64,000 bases of DNA, from positions 10,792,121 through 10,856,120 of the forward strand of contig NC_068998.1 of NCBI RefSeq assembly GCF_001194135.2, in the 5' to 3' direction. The notes below the pieces were generated by a model. That model saw only the letters and a program-made list of their open reading frames with translations, did not search any database and was not told the DNA's origin. The position numbers were made by a program, and so were the translations under genes. Position 1 is the stretch's first letter. Each line of letters opens with the position of its first letter. Positions 36,075 to 48,747 of the stretch are shown here, one piece after another. The DNA is from Octopus bimaculoides (lineage: Eukaryota).

Positions 36075-36789
36075 CAAGTTTGAACATAAAAGCTGTTTTG
36101 ACCCTGTGGACCCGATCAGCCAAAGATCTGGTCTTCCCAGACCTTTTTGAGAATGGCTGGGTACAAGTATCCGGTGATCCGTGAAGGATGCACCCCCAAG
36201 TGTCACCTGTGTCTGGAGCCTGGCCACATTAAGAAAAACTGTCCCCAAGATCAGAGTAGGGTCCTGGAGCAGTTAATAAATGTAGTTCCCCCCGCTCCCC
36301 CACTGGAGGGAGAGACGGAGGATGTTGAGGTGGTGGAAACCTCCTCGAAGGAAGGAAAAAAGAAAGAAGGTGGGTAACAATGGTTGCTCACCGAAGGCTG
36401 CGGGGAAGAAGGAGGACCTTCCGGTAAAGGTGGAAGTGCTCCCTACTCCCGTGGCCCCCAAAAAAGGAGAAAAAAGGAAGAACAGGATACGGTCGGCGCC
36501 TGATAGTGGACCACTGGTGTGTCCCAACGCTCCGTTGGTGGGAATTGTGCCACCAACGGAGGAAGGCCTGTCGGTGGGAATTGTGCCGCCAACAATAGAA
36601 ACTGTCACCTCGCCCTATGAGGAGGAGGAATTTGTAGTCCTATTCCACAAGGTGGGGCTGTTCAAGAGTTCATCAAAAAGTTTGTTAGGAAGGGTCGGAG
36701 GGGAGGCATCCTCACCTGTACCAAGGACCCTGATTGGCCCCCGCAGGTGGCTGAAGAGGTCGTGTGGGAAAGAGACTTGTGCAGGATGA
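36075..36789 (+). mobile_element. Non-LTR retrotransposon ORF1 (gag-like zinc knuckle) relic, frameshifted
   Basis: MAGYKYPVIREGCTPKCHLCLEPGHIKKNCP has a CX2CX4HX4C knuckle in an L1/Tx1-like context. It is followed by a Lys/Glu/Pro-rich tail with a 33-bp tandem duplication; GC-rich; no ORF2 seen. Confidence 0.7.
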
Positions 36790-36853
36790 GTTAATAAAAA
36801 ACATATGTTAGAAACAAGCACACTCTGAAAAACAGATCAGTAATTATTACAAC

Positions 36854-36941
36854 AAAATTTCATATAAAGTTACCCAAGGTTTCGTACCCACAAAGCCAAA
36901 GCTTTGTGGGTGTGAAACCTTGGGTGACCTATATAAAATTT
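36854..36941. repeat. Near-perfect hairpin, 28-bp core stem with 4-nt loop
   Basis: GTTACCCAAGGTTTCGTACCCACAAAGC-CAAA-GCTTTGTGGGTGTGAAACCTTGGGTGAC. Confidence 0.9.
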
Positions 36942-36948
36942 TCTTGTA

Positions 36949-37097
<149 letters not shown>

Positions 37098-37452
37098 TAC
37101 ATACATAAATATCCGTTATTACTCACGGAATTGATTGAGGCCACCATGCAAATTTCATGGAATGTGATAAGTGTGTTTGATTCTTATTGTAAATAATTCC
37201 AACTTGGTTTGAGGATTCATCACCACAATAGTATAAACATTGTGGTTTTGGCAGTTAAACCAACATTTCCACTGTGTCTTCCTCTCAAATTCATACAACT
37301 CCAGCTAATTCTTTTGGCCCTTCACAGAGACGATTACCGTTGGTGTAGCCTAAGTTTCCTGATAACCATTGTCACAGGACCTTATGCTAAAAGTTTATCC
37401 CCAAACAAAACAAAATAAATACATAAAAAGAATATTATTACTCAAGCCTTAC

Positions 37453-37585
37453 CCGTTTATGTCGATCATTTGGTTTTATCACAGATAACTGAACTGATTT
37501 CATCCATTCATGGACATCGTCATTTGCGCAGCTTCCTATATTTTTATTAAACTTCAATTCTTGCTGTTCTTTCTCTCTTCTTTCT
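37453..37585 (-). CDS. ADAM10: ADAM10 exon: prodomain with cysteine switch
   Basis: CTATAG|(K)ERREKEQQELKFNKNIGSCANDDVHEWMKSVQLSVIKPNDRHKR|GTAAGG; 133 nt, phase 2/0. GSCA corresponds to the GGCA cysteine switch of vertebrate ADAM10. Confidence 0.85.
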
Positions 37586-38258
37586 CTATAGAAATAACAG
37601 AAACACACAGAATCACCATTTTATTTTTGTTTTTTTATCAATCTTCCATTTTGTTTTTTGTTTTTTATATTCAATGCTAATAAAGCCCAGTTATTTGTTT
37701 ACAAAGTCGAATATCCACATGAACAGTAGATTTGGACACCTTTTCTAAAATTAACTTACTTTATTTTTCCCGTTTTATGTTCAAATCACTAGCATAATTA
37801 CATGTATCAAGAAAACAGCCATAATAGGAGTCAACAAAAGAACCTTCACTTGGTCGTTTGACCCATTAGAAATAGTAGCTAAATCTCCGTCAGATTACTC
37901 AATGTTGTCTTAAAACAGGAACACATATTGGATGATATAAACCCAGATTAATAAGATGGAATAGTCATGATTGGAAATCCTTTGATTGCAAGTCTAACAT
38001 TGGTAAATTAGAGCTGACTTGGGGTTAAAGAACAGCTACATACTGTATGATCACAACATAGTTAAAACTTTCACACCTTCTCTGTATAAAATATACACAA
38101 TACTGAGCTAACATGTATTAGAGGTCCAGAAAATATGCGGACCCTCTACAATTATAATATAAACTAGAGTATTGCTCCTGCTTTTGAGATGGTGGAACTG
38201 CCATGCACAAATACATTCCAATCGGTCTTGCCTATAAAAAAAAAAAAAACTTTCACTA

Positions 38259-38425
38259 GGCGCAGGAGTAGCTGTGTGGTAAATAGCTTGCTTACCAACC
38301 ACATGGTTCCGGGTTCATTCCCACTGCGTGGCACCTTGGGCAAGTGTCTTCTACTATAGCCTCGGGCCGACCAAAGCCTTGTGAGTGGATTTGGCAGACG
38401 GAAACTGAAAGAAGCCTGTCGTATA

Positions 38426-38470
<45 letters not shown>

Positions 38471-38681
38471 TTGTGTGTCTGTGTTTGTCTCCCCAGCATC
38501 GCTTGACAACCGATGGTGGTGTGTTTACGTCCCCGTAACTTAGCGGTTCGGCTAAAAGAGACCAATAGAATAAGTACTAGGCTTCCGAAGAATAAGTCCT
38601 GGGGTCGATTTGCTCGACTAAAGGCGGTGCTCCAGCATGGCCACAGTCAAATGACTGAAACAAGTAAAGGAGTAAAAGAGT
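38259..38681 (+). mobile_element. Full-length octopus tRNA-derived composite SINE
   Basis: Head GGCGCAGGAGTAGCTGTGTGGTAA...GGTTCCGGGTTCATTCCC (A/B-box-like), internal (TA)n(TG)n, tail GAAACAAGTAAA.GAGTAAAAGAG. Many copies occur in both orientations in the window. Confidence 0.88.
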
Positions 38682-39626
38682 ACCAATGTGCTGTCTTCCT
38701 ATATATCATCAGTCACAAATACATTGATCTTTGTTCCTCAAAATTGTCCAAAACTCAATGGTTTGGATTTATATCTCTCACCATTCATACTAAACTCATC
38801 TCCCAGTACTACATCTCTCCGTAACTCCTCTTTTGCTCATCTATTCCTGTCAAACACTAACTTACAGGTGTCCTAATACAAGCCATATCCAAACCTTAGT
38901 CAAACAAAGCCTTATGCAGCTATGGCCACTGTTGCTACTCCTCAGACAATATACAAAAGTAATCTTTCAGATACATAATACTGTCTGTTTTAATAAAAAG
39001 TCCTTACTATAAAAAATTCTAATCTTAAGCCTTAAAGTATAGTTGCTAAATGTAAATAAAATTAAGCAAACTGCTTTATTCTAATCTAAATAATCCCTAA
39101 CATTTGTGTCTGACTCCAGCTTGAACGTGATGCAATAATCTGCTTATAAAGGATACTAGTAATTTACCTTTCTAAAGAGATTATAGTAAATTTCCCTTGA
39201 AAAATAGACAAAGGTGAATAGAGAGGAAATTTTTTCTTGTGTATATGAATAGAGTGAACTTTAAAGTCAGTGTGGAACAACGAATGTGTTGATTTTGGCT
39301 GCAGAAGCACTGCTTACAGAACCCTCTGGGTAGAAAAGTGTAGGGGTAGTAGGTAGATTTGGCAAAGAAAGATGTGATTCTTTTGGCAAGAAACCAAAAA
39401 GTGCAGAGGAAATGTAGGAAAGAAAACTGGCACATTTGTGTGTGTCAGAAATACAGATTCTGTTCTCTGGATAGTTTTCCTGTATGAATTCATGTTTGCA
39501 TATAAAAAGATTATTTTCGGATGAAAAATTATCTTTATCCATTATAAAAAGCTGTAGGTTTTCACTAATGGCTACAAACTTAAAATATGTTAAAAAACCA
39601 TTTAAAAGAAAACGTAAAATACTTAC

Positions 39627-39801
39627 TTATATGGATCAACATTGAGATCTTTTTCAGAGTAAATTACTGAATGGAATGGCTGTTTTGTACTGAAAAATCT
39701 TGTGGAAGGCTCTATATGATAAGTTGGTTCATTTGGGAGTGAAATTTCCCCACGAAATAATTTTGCTATAATTACTCCAAATACTTTACTGTTTGAATAA
39801 C
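39627..39801 (-). CDS. ADAM10: ADAM10 exon: prodomain
   Basis: TTTCAG|(G)YSNSKVFGVIIAKLFRGEISLPNEPTYHIEPSTRFFSTKQPFHSVIYSEKDLNVDPY(K)|GTAAGT; 175 nt, phase 1/2. Confidence 0.93.
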
Positions 39802-42184
39802 CTGAAAATGTTTGGAAAATAATTATTAAGTTGTAACATTGGCACATAGTGACAGTATTTTTTTCTTTTTACTTTTCTTTTTATTGGTGTGGGATATAAA
39901 AAATAAAACGGACCTAGTTCTTGATTGGTATGTAATTTTATCTACCTCAGAAGGATGAGAAGCCAAGCTGACCTCAACAGGACACTCAAAACACAAAAGA
40001 TATCCACAAGGCAATTTGTAGAAGCCTCTAACAATTCTGACAATCTACTGCCCTTATAATTAACATTAACACAAAACCAATTATTAAAAGAAAAATTCAT
40101 AATTAAGCTCCAGAAGTATATTCAGTGATTCACCAAAATAAATCAGTTCTCACACATATAAGAAACAATGTAATATAAGAAAGTAAATATAAATGAGAGA
40201 TGTTTCAATATATGAACTAAACATCATTGAGGATAATTAGCTGAAATTATCTCCCACGTTGAAAACGATTTGGGAAAGAGTTTAAATGGGTGGTGATAAG
40301 AAACAAACCAAAGAACATTAAACAATAAAAAATATCAGTTACAATCTGACAGAATTTAAGCTTTTGTAGCCTCCCCTGCCAACTCCACTTCATAAAATTA
40401 GCTAATTCATGAACATCGAGTCAGATATTTTGTAAATCGAAACATCAGAAATATCAGGGAATAATCGAATGGATTCACATTTAATTACAGTTGCAACAAT
40501 TAATAGCAATTAATAAAAGGAATTACTCAAATTATCTATAACAAGCAGATAACAATAATGATATAGCAATAATAAATCTCTGAACGAGGTATTAACAGTA
40601 GCTGCACGACAACTTGAAGTATATTTGCCACTTAAATGCAGCTAACCCCTAAGGGTGATTGCTACTGTAGCTTGTAGCCCCAGGAGAACATCTCCTCCAG
40701 CTGGCTATTGGCACACTTTCTGTGCCCTGTCGGTATTTGCAAAAGGAAGTCATCCTTCCCATCATCGATCTGACGTGATACGCACGGACCCGGGTTTCTG
40801 GGTATTTACCCTTCGTTAGCGTATGACAATCACCGATCTTCGATGCAAAGGGCTCCCAATGCAAACACATATATCTTTTTTGCAGTGAAGAAAATTCACT
40901 AATCTCAATAAAGTGTAAGCCAGCAATAATAAAATGGGAAGGTGACACATAAAAGACACCCACTACACTCTTGGAGTGGTTGGCATTAGGAAGGGCATCC
41001 AGCCGTAGAAACCAAACCAAATCAGACTGGAGCCTGGTACAGCTCTCCAGCTTATCTGTTCCAGTTAAACCATCAAAACCTATGCTAGCTTGGACAATGG
41101 ATCCCAAATGATAATGATGATGATGATGATGATGATGATGCTACACTAATGTTTGTTTTATGTTTAGATATCATCATCATCATCATCGTTTAACGTCCGC
41201 TTTCCATGCTAGCATGGGTTGGACGATTTGACTGAGGACAGGTACCCTCTGATTTTTAAATTCCCTGTAAAAGAACTTGGAAGGTTGGGCCTCCAACCAG
41301 GCTCTTTGTGATACTCTTAAAGCCAGGCACTTTTCAGCANNNNNNNNNNATATATATAGTTTGACTAGTTCAATTGTCAAGGGAAATAAGGGATTTACAT
41401 AATAGTATGAAACAATAAATGTTTCACTCCTTACATCAGTTGAAGCAATCACCTTCTTCCACACACACACCAATGTACCAAGTGTTGTTGGCAAACACCA
41501 TTACCATCCAAACGTTTGCTTCAGCTTTTTGTTTAGTATCTGTTTTCCATGTTGGCATGGGTTGGACGGTTTGACATGGGAGCTGTCCAGACCCCGGCTG
41601 TCTGTTGTGGCATGGTTTCTACGGCTGGATGCCCTTCCTAACACCAACCGCTTAACAGAGTGTGCTGGGTGCACTTTTACTTGTCACTGGCACAAATGCA
41701 TTTACACAACAGCGGAACAGGTATATTTACAACGCACTGGCACCTGAAAGGACAAGCCTGGATGTGTGAAAGACAGCAATTTTACTTAGCTTGACACACC
41801 TTATCAAGTACAGCAAACCTGACCAGAAATAATGAATACATTACATACAAAGATTGCATATATATATAATTTAAGAGGTTCAAAAAGCCTAGATTAAACA
41901 AACTGACAAGTTCCTTGTTATGCCGAGAGTATTTTCCAATAGGTCTATTGTGCTCAAACACTGACGTAATATACAGTCATGGTAAACATAATTTTGATTT
42001 ATTGTTAGAGCAGAAAATAAAACCATGAGCAAAAGTGATATTTTTTTCCTGTTTTTGATTTATATTTTAATGTGAAATACTTATGTTTTTAAGAATGCTG
42101 TAATAATAAATCAAAAGGGTGTTTTTCTTGTTCGAAATATAAACAGTCATTATTTTTAAAAGAATGCAAAGTGAAATTAGTTAC

Positions 42185-42306
42185 CTAACACTGTTCCTTT
42201 GTATACAAAGGACGTGTCAACCGGTTCCCTTGTACCATTTGAATTTTGATGTACATGATTTGGAGCGAAAATTGTGTCATCTTTTTCGAGCTTCAATGTG
42301 AAGTCT
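42185..42306 (-). CDS. ADAM10: ADAM10 exon: prodomain
   Basis: TTGCAG|(R)DFTLKLEKDDTIFAPNHVHQNSNGTREPVDTSFVYKGTVL(G)|GTAACT; 122 nt, phase 2/1. Confidence 0.9.
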
Positions 42307-42528
42307 CTGCAAATATTGAACACGTTTATGTTTACAATACACAGTTATCATGATTGAGAATTAAACAAAGCAAAAAAAAACAGAGAGACAGACAGACAGA
42401 CAGAAAAGAAAAGAAAAATTACTAAATTTTAAGTGTGCTGGAAACAGTAAGTTATGCTGGTATGATTATGACTTTTTGCATATAAGTATTAGCAACATAA
42501 TCTATTGTGTCTGAGGAGAGTCATTCTC

Positions 42529-42646
42529 TTAGTGCCTTATTAATTTAACACACTCACCAGTCTAATTTCCAGTCATTTATTTATAAATAAATAAGTAAAC
42601 AAATGGAAATTGGACCAGTGAGTGTGTTAGATTTATAAGGTACTAA
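42529..42646. repeat. Imperfect palindrome, ~43-bp arms
   Basis: TTAGTGCCTTATTAATTTAACACACTCACCAGTCTAATTTCCA versus TGGAAATTGGACCAGTGAGTGTGTTAGATTTATAAGGTACTAA. Confidence 0.75.
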
Positions 42647-42888
42647 AAGTGAATGACTCTCCCCAGACAACTTGCCTGAAACAGCCCTTGGTTCTGATAC
42701 GAATTCCATGTTCTAAAGCAATCCCAATTAAAACTTCCAATCAAAATGTAATATTAATTTATATTCCAAAATATCAGCTCAATCATGACAGTTTTTTTTT
42801 TTTTCATAAAGTCATCATTATTTCAACATAAATATGATAAAAGAATTGAAGATCCCAGCCTGGGAAAAAGAGCTTTTATTCAACTTAC

Positions 42889-43024
42889 CGATCAAAGGCA
42901 TTGAAAGAAAGTAGAATATGGTTATTCAGTGAGCGTTTGTAGCGCCTATGATTTCTATCCAATTCATGATGATTATAGATTAATGGATGGTAGTGTTCTA
43001 TATAATCATCTAAAAATCTTTTGC
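42889..43024 (-). CDS. ADAM10: ADAM10 exon: prodomain N-terminus (second coding exon)
   Basis: TTTCAG|GC-KRFLDDYIEHYHPLIYNHHELDRNHRRYKRSLNNHILLSFNAFD(R)|GTAAGT; 136 nt, phase 1/2. RYKR corresponds to the upstream convertase site RAKR of vertebrate ADAM10. Confidence 0.92.
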
Positions 43025-43044
43025 CTGAAATGAGAAAGGAAGAA

Positions 43045-43081
<37 letters not shown>

Positions 43082-43270
43082 TCTACTGGAAGCACAAGGC
43101 CTCAAATTTGGGGGAAGGGATTAAGTCGATTACTTATTTAATTGACCCCGAAAGGATGAAAGGCAAAGTCGACCCCAGCAGAATTTGAACCCAGCATGTG
43201 GCAGCAGACAAAATACCGCTAAGCATTTCGTCCCGCATGCTAACGATTCTGCCAGCTCTCCACCTTAATC

Positions 43271-43317
<47 letters not shown>

Positions 43318-46300
43318 CAATGTGAGACCTCTGACATGTTGCTGTCTGTTTTCACAGAATCAAAGCAGAGCAAATGAAGTCAAGAGCTCTGAAAAGTAAA
43401 ATAATAATAATAATCCTTTCTACTATAGGCACAAGGTCTGAAGTTTTGGGGAGGGGGATAGTCGATTACATCAGCCTCAGTATTCAACTGGTACTTATTT
43501 TATCAACCCCTGCAAAAATGAAAGGCAAAGTTGACCCTGGCAGAATTTGAACTCAGAACCTAAGGACAGGTGAAATGCCACGAAGCATTTTGCCCAGCGT
43601 GCGAATGATTCTGCCAACTCACCACCCTAATAATAATAGTAGTAGTAGTAGTAGTAGTAGTAGTAGAGCAGAGATACAAGCAAGAATAGTACAACTCTAT
43701 AGTAAAAGAAGAAAAAAAGTAAATAAAAAGAGCCTCTATGTAGTAAGCCACACTGATAGAAATAAATGAACAAACATTCTTTTAACACACATTTCACTAA
43801 GGACGATGACTTGACAGAAATGGTCAATCATCAAACTGAATACATTACAATATTGAGTATGGGTACAGAGGTGACCACCCTGTACCATCACCGCTGCCAC
43901 CACCATCAGAGTATATCTAAAATTACACCGTTCAATGTGCCCTTTTTTAAGACACTACTTACTTTAACCCCTTTACTGCCAATGAAGGATAAGCTATCAT
44001 TGGCTTTTCTACACTGTTCTCTACTCTTTTCTGCTTCTCTTCATTTGGATCCCCCACTTCCTTGCAGTTTCCTTTTGGATTTTGTCACACCATGTTATAT
44101 GTTTCACTGAGGAAAGACTTTCCTCTCACAGGTTTTGTTGGTTCTTGAATTGTCATTGGTGTTTTTGTAACTTATCTTTTTTCTAGGTAGAGGTACACAC
44201 ACACACACACACACGTCTGTCTTTGCATTTGTGTCCCATCTCCCTCTTATTACTCCCAATCATCTTAAAAAAGACAATAGGGAATAATAAAAGAGATTTG
44301 GCTACTATTTCTAGCAAGTCAAATTATTGTGTATTGAACTCCAAATCAATACATAACAAATGTTGTACATTTGTTATGTATTGAACTCCTAATCAATACA
44401 TGACACAAATGACCGCATGAAAGCTTACACATTGACTTATAGGTATGTAAAACACTACAGAAAGCACCGCTTTGGATGGTCTGAGATTCATTAAGAGTGG
44501 TAGCAGATAGAATAAGTTCATATTGTCTACAAAATAGGTGTGCTTATATATAATTGCCACAATAAGACATTGTGGGTACAGAATTTTGAGGTGTAGAAAA
44601 ATCATGCATAAGTAACTTGAGGTGATGATTATGCTGTTTGGTTTGCCATAAAACTTAGATATTTAATTATATTGGTATATTGCCAATGTTTCCCGTAATT
44701 CCGTGAGACACTGAAGATTCCATTTTAATGAAAAATTGGTCATAGGTGCAAACATGACTATGTGGTAAGAAGTTTGTTTCCTAATTGAATGGTTTCAGAT
44801 TCACTTCCACTGTGTGGCACTTTGGTCAAACATCTTCTACAACAGGTCCAGGCTGACCAAAGCCTTCTGAATGGAGTTGGTAGGCAGAAACTGAGAAACA
44901 CATTGCATGTGTGTGTGATAGCTGTAAACAAGTGTCACCATCATGTAAGCAGTGTCCTTCGTTTCCAATCTTCCAAGATATGTCCGGTCATGGGAAAATA
45001 CTACTTTGTTTGAAAACAAGCCATGATTAGTGAAAGGACGACCATCTGGCCATAGAAAATCTGCCTCGACAAATTCTGTCCGACCCATGCAAGGATAGAA
45101 AAGTGGATGTTAAAATGATGCTGGAGATGTCTATTTTATAACTATACAAAATTATAAATTGTTTGCAAAATAAAACATTATTTTCCCATAACAGCAAAAT
45201 AATTTATTTCATTTCAAACTGTTCATATTTAGTATTTTCCAGAGATTCTTGTTTCACTTAGTTATAAACAATCTTAACAACTGATTTAACATGCATACTT
45301 CAGTGTACATCCATCCCATTAGAATTCTTTAAATGTCTTTGACAAATGGAATGTAATCACTGATGATATCACTTTATTTTACTTTAACTCCGTTTTTTTC
45401 TTTGTTTTTTTTTTCTCTCTCTCTCTCTCACAGCCATCGGATAAATCTTTTGCCTTTATTTTATATTATTTTGCAAACATTTTGTAGGTAACATGATTCC
45501 ACTGAATTAGCACTCCACTCTTCAAGTCAAAACAGTTCACAAGAAAGTTCTACAGTAGAAGCCACGTTGACAACATTCTTTAAATTTCGTGCGCAGTTCT
45601 TTACAAGTAATTTTCTCTTGATGTAAGAGGAATTCATCTAGCACTGCAACATGTGCAAGATTATAGAAAAAAAAAAAAAAAGTAAAAAGCATATCTTATA
45701 AGTGCATTGCACAGAGTGTTAAGTTTTCTGATTCCTTGCCAAGAAAATCTCAACAGATTCTGCAGAATTCTCATGTTTGTCCTTTAAGCAAGACTGTTCT
45801 GTAAACAAATATCCCTGCTGGTAAAAGCACTAAATTCAAGCCAATGAAGGAACATGATCACTCGACATGTTACAAAAAATGACTATTATCTTTTAAAAAA
45901 AAATGGATCAATACACAGGATGTAGTCCTAGGTACATTATGCTTGAAAGCATGATGAGATGGTCATGGTTGAACCACTTTTCATCATATGTCTGTTGTTT
46001 GCTCTGTTTCCACACCAGTCTCATACTTGTTGGCCTCTCCACTTTATGCACTCAGTCAAACGCAAACACACTCTCACATGCCAAGTTAAGATGACATTTA
46101 GTCCTTATAGTATTCTTTCACTCCTCTGCAAACACTACTCCTGAGATGGTTGTAGAAGACACTTTGGCACACAGCATGCTTATTGTGAACCATGTTACGC
46201 TTATCATGAATTGATCTGTGATAACATGGGTCAGAGATCAGTCATGATCAGTCAAAGATTCTGCTTGAACCACAAAAGTGCACCTCAGCAACCATTCACA

Positions 46301-46369
46301 ATACTTGAGGACAACTTGGGATCCCAAAAGGAAACCTATTTTCCCCATATGTTCCATTATTCATTCATC

Positions 46370-46679
46370 AAGGATGCATGAGGATTGAGAGTTGTGTTAG
46401 GTTTTAAAAAAAGGGTTAAAAGTTTGTGTTAAGCAGGAAGTGTGGTGTCAAAACAGGAAGTGTGTGTAAGGAGAGACAAATGTTTTTAGTTGGAGTTTTG
46501 AACTCTTTTTCAACAAGAACAGACATAAACTTCCTGTTGAAAAAGAGTTCAAAACTCCAACTAAAAACATTTGTCTCCCCTTACACACACTTCCTGTTTT
46601 GACACCACACTTCCTGCTTAACACAAACTTTTAACCCTTTTTTTAAACCTAACTCAACTCTCAATTCTCATGCATCCTT
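46370..46679. repeat. 310-bp near-perfect palindrome (foldback/MITE-like)
   Basis: About 148-bp arms (AAGGATGCATGAGGATTGAGAG... / ...CTCTCAATTCTCATGCATCCTT) with few mismatches and a spacer of about 15 bp. Confidence 0.9.
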
Positions 46680-47245
46680 ATTTTTCCAACCATTATATAC
46701 ATGGATTACCATTGAACTTCAAAAGCTCAAAGACAATATAATGTATTGGTATATTTATTACTATGAATATATGTGTGCATGTGCGCGTATATGTATGTGT
46801 ATCTTTGTCCACCCCACTACTCACTGCAACTAACAAAATGCATGTGTTTTTTACTTTATTTTTATACTTTTAAACACACTCTCATTCAACTTCCTGCTCC
46901 AATATTTCCATATGCACTTACCAAAATTTTATAGCAATATTCAGACATTCTTCCAGCAATAAATTACGTAATGGGGTGACATCAATACAAACATATTCTA
47001 CATGCATTGACAGAGACATTCGGTCAAGACACAAAAAATTATTATCTTATAGCTTACAAATAAAATAACTTTACTGACAACAGAATTTTCACTTATGTAA
47101 TTTCATGCAAAAGCGATTCAATAAATGCTATTAAATGCTTTGTGAATTATCTGTTCTGAATTCAAACAAAAGTAATTTTTATTCACATAAAGAATATATA
47201 TATATATATATTATATATATGTCTCAGCCATGGAAGGGTGAGACA

Positions 47246-48747
47246 TATGCAAACAGGAGTCCCTTATATACATCATATTCTCTCTTTAACTCATTCTTAT
47301 CCCTCTATTTCTCCTACCATTTGTTTACGTTAACTATATAGTATTGGTTTCTTATATACCACTAATGATAGACAGGCAGGTACATAAGTACATAGATAGT
47401 TAGATAGATGGATACATACATACATACATACATAAATGTGTATGTATATATACATACATGTATATACACACATACAAATCTGTGTGTGTATGTGTGTCTG
47501 AAGAAAATGGAAAAAAATATAATAATTGATTATATTTAACTGTTATTTGTCTCTTGATAATATTACTATCGTAAAAGTGTATGGTTCAACAGAAGCAATC
47601 GCTCCCTGCAAGTGTCACTTATTAATTATAGAATGAAAAGTAGAAACAAGAAAAGAAATTGGCATTTCGAAGTTAACTAAAGGGAGTTTATCATTGCATT
47701 GATTATTCATGAAGTGAGTGCATTAAGTAATTAGCTGCAAGTGGTTTTATAATCTTGGGAGTTGGCTGGCTATTATGGCATCAAATCAATAGCCCCAATG
47801 ATGCTGTTTTAACACTACTGTCCCCATTTACAAAAAAAAAATAAATAAAGCCAGTTAAGGCAGCAATGTCTGATTCATAATAAGTATAGATAGGAAGTCA
47901 AGTGTAGGAAAAGATACAGACACTTCCATAGTGTTGCCAGAACCACAAGACACACTGATATAGCTCTTAGAGGTACAGGTATGAAGCTTGCTTCCTGACC
48001 ACATGGCTAATCTATCAGTCTGTTTTGCCAAATAGCTATGTTACGGGGATGTAAACACACCAACACTGGTTACCAAGTGGTAATGGAGAACAAACATAAA
48101 CACAAAAACACACACACACATATATATATATATATACGATGGGCTTTTTTCAGTTTCCATCAACCAAGTGCACTCACAAGACACTTGTCCAAGGTGCCAT
48201 GCAGAAGGACTGAACCCAAACCATGTGGTTGAGAAGCAAACTTCTTATCACACCGCCATGCCTGCACACACACACACACACATATATATTATAGAATCCA
48301 CTTCTCCATGCTTGCATGGGTCAAATAGAATTTGTTGAGGCAGAACTTTCTCTGGTCAGATGCCCTTCCTGTAGCCAACCCTCAACTGTTTCCAAGCAAG
48401 GTAGTATTTTCACATAGCTAGAAATGTTTTTCACAGAAGACTGAAAATGACAGTAACTCTCATTTACAACCATCTTCTGGTAAAAAGACAAGGGTACATT
48501 CAAATACAGACGTCCCTAGTATTAACCAAATTTCCATTCATTCCCATTATGTTATAGCTTTCTTTGAAACAGCCTGTTTTTACTTACTTTTTTATGCTTT
48601 ATCATTAATACGTTACCTAATATGATGTTTTATGCAAACAGGAGTCCCTTATATACATCATATTCTCTCTTTAACTCATTCTTATCCCTCTATTTCTCCT
48701 ACCATTTGTTTACGTTAACTATATAGTATTGGTTTCTTATATACCAC
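47246..48747. repeat. Identical 117-bp direct repeat (47246-47362, 48631-48747)
   Basis: TATGCAAACAGGAGTCCCTT...GGTTTCTTATATACCAC occurs twice, 1385 bp apart. Confidence 0.9.

Noticed and set aside
37535-37540. AATATAG as acceptor of the cysteine-switch exon
   Set aside because: Phase 1 is incompatible with the upstream phase-2 donor, and it lacks a pyrimidine tract. The acceptor at 37586 resolves the frame.
44330-44410. 16-bp perfect inverted repeat and short tandem duplication
   Set aside because: AT-rich and short; consistent with a local template-switch event with no further support.
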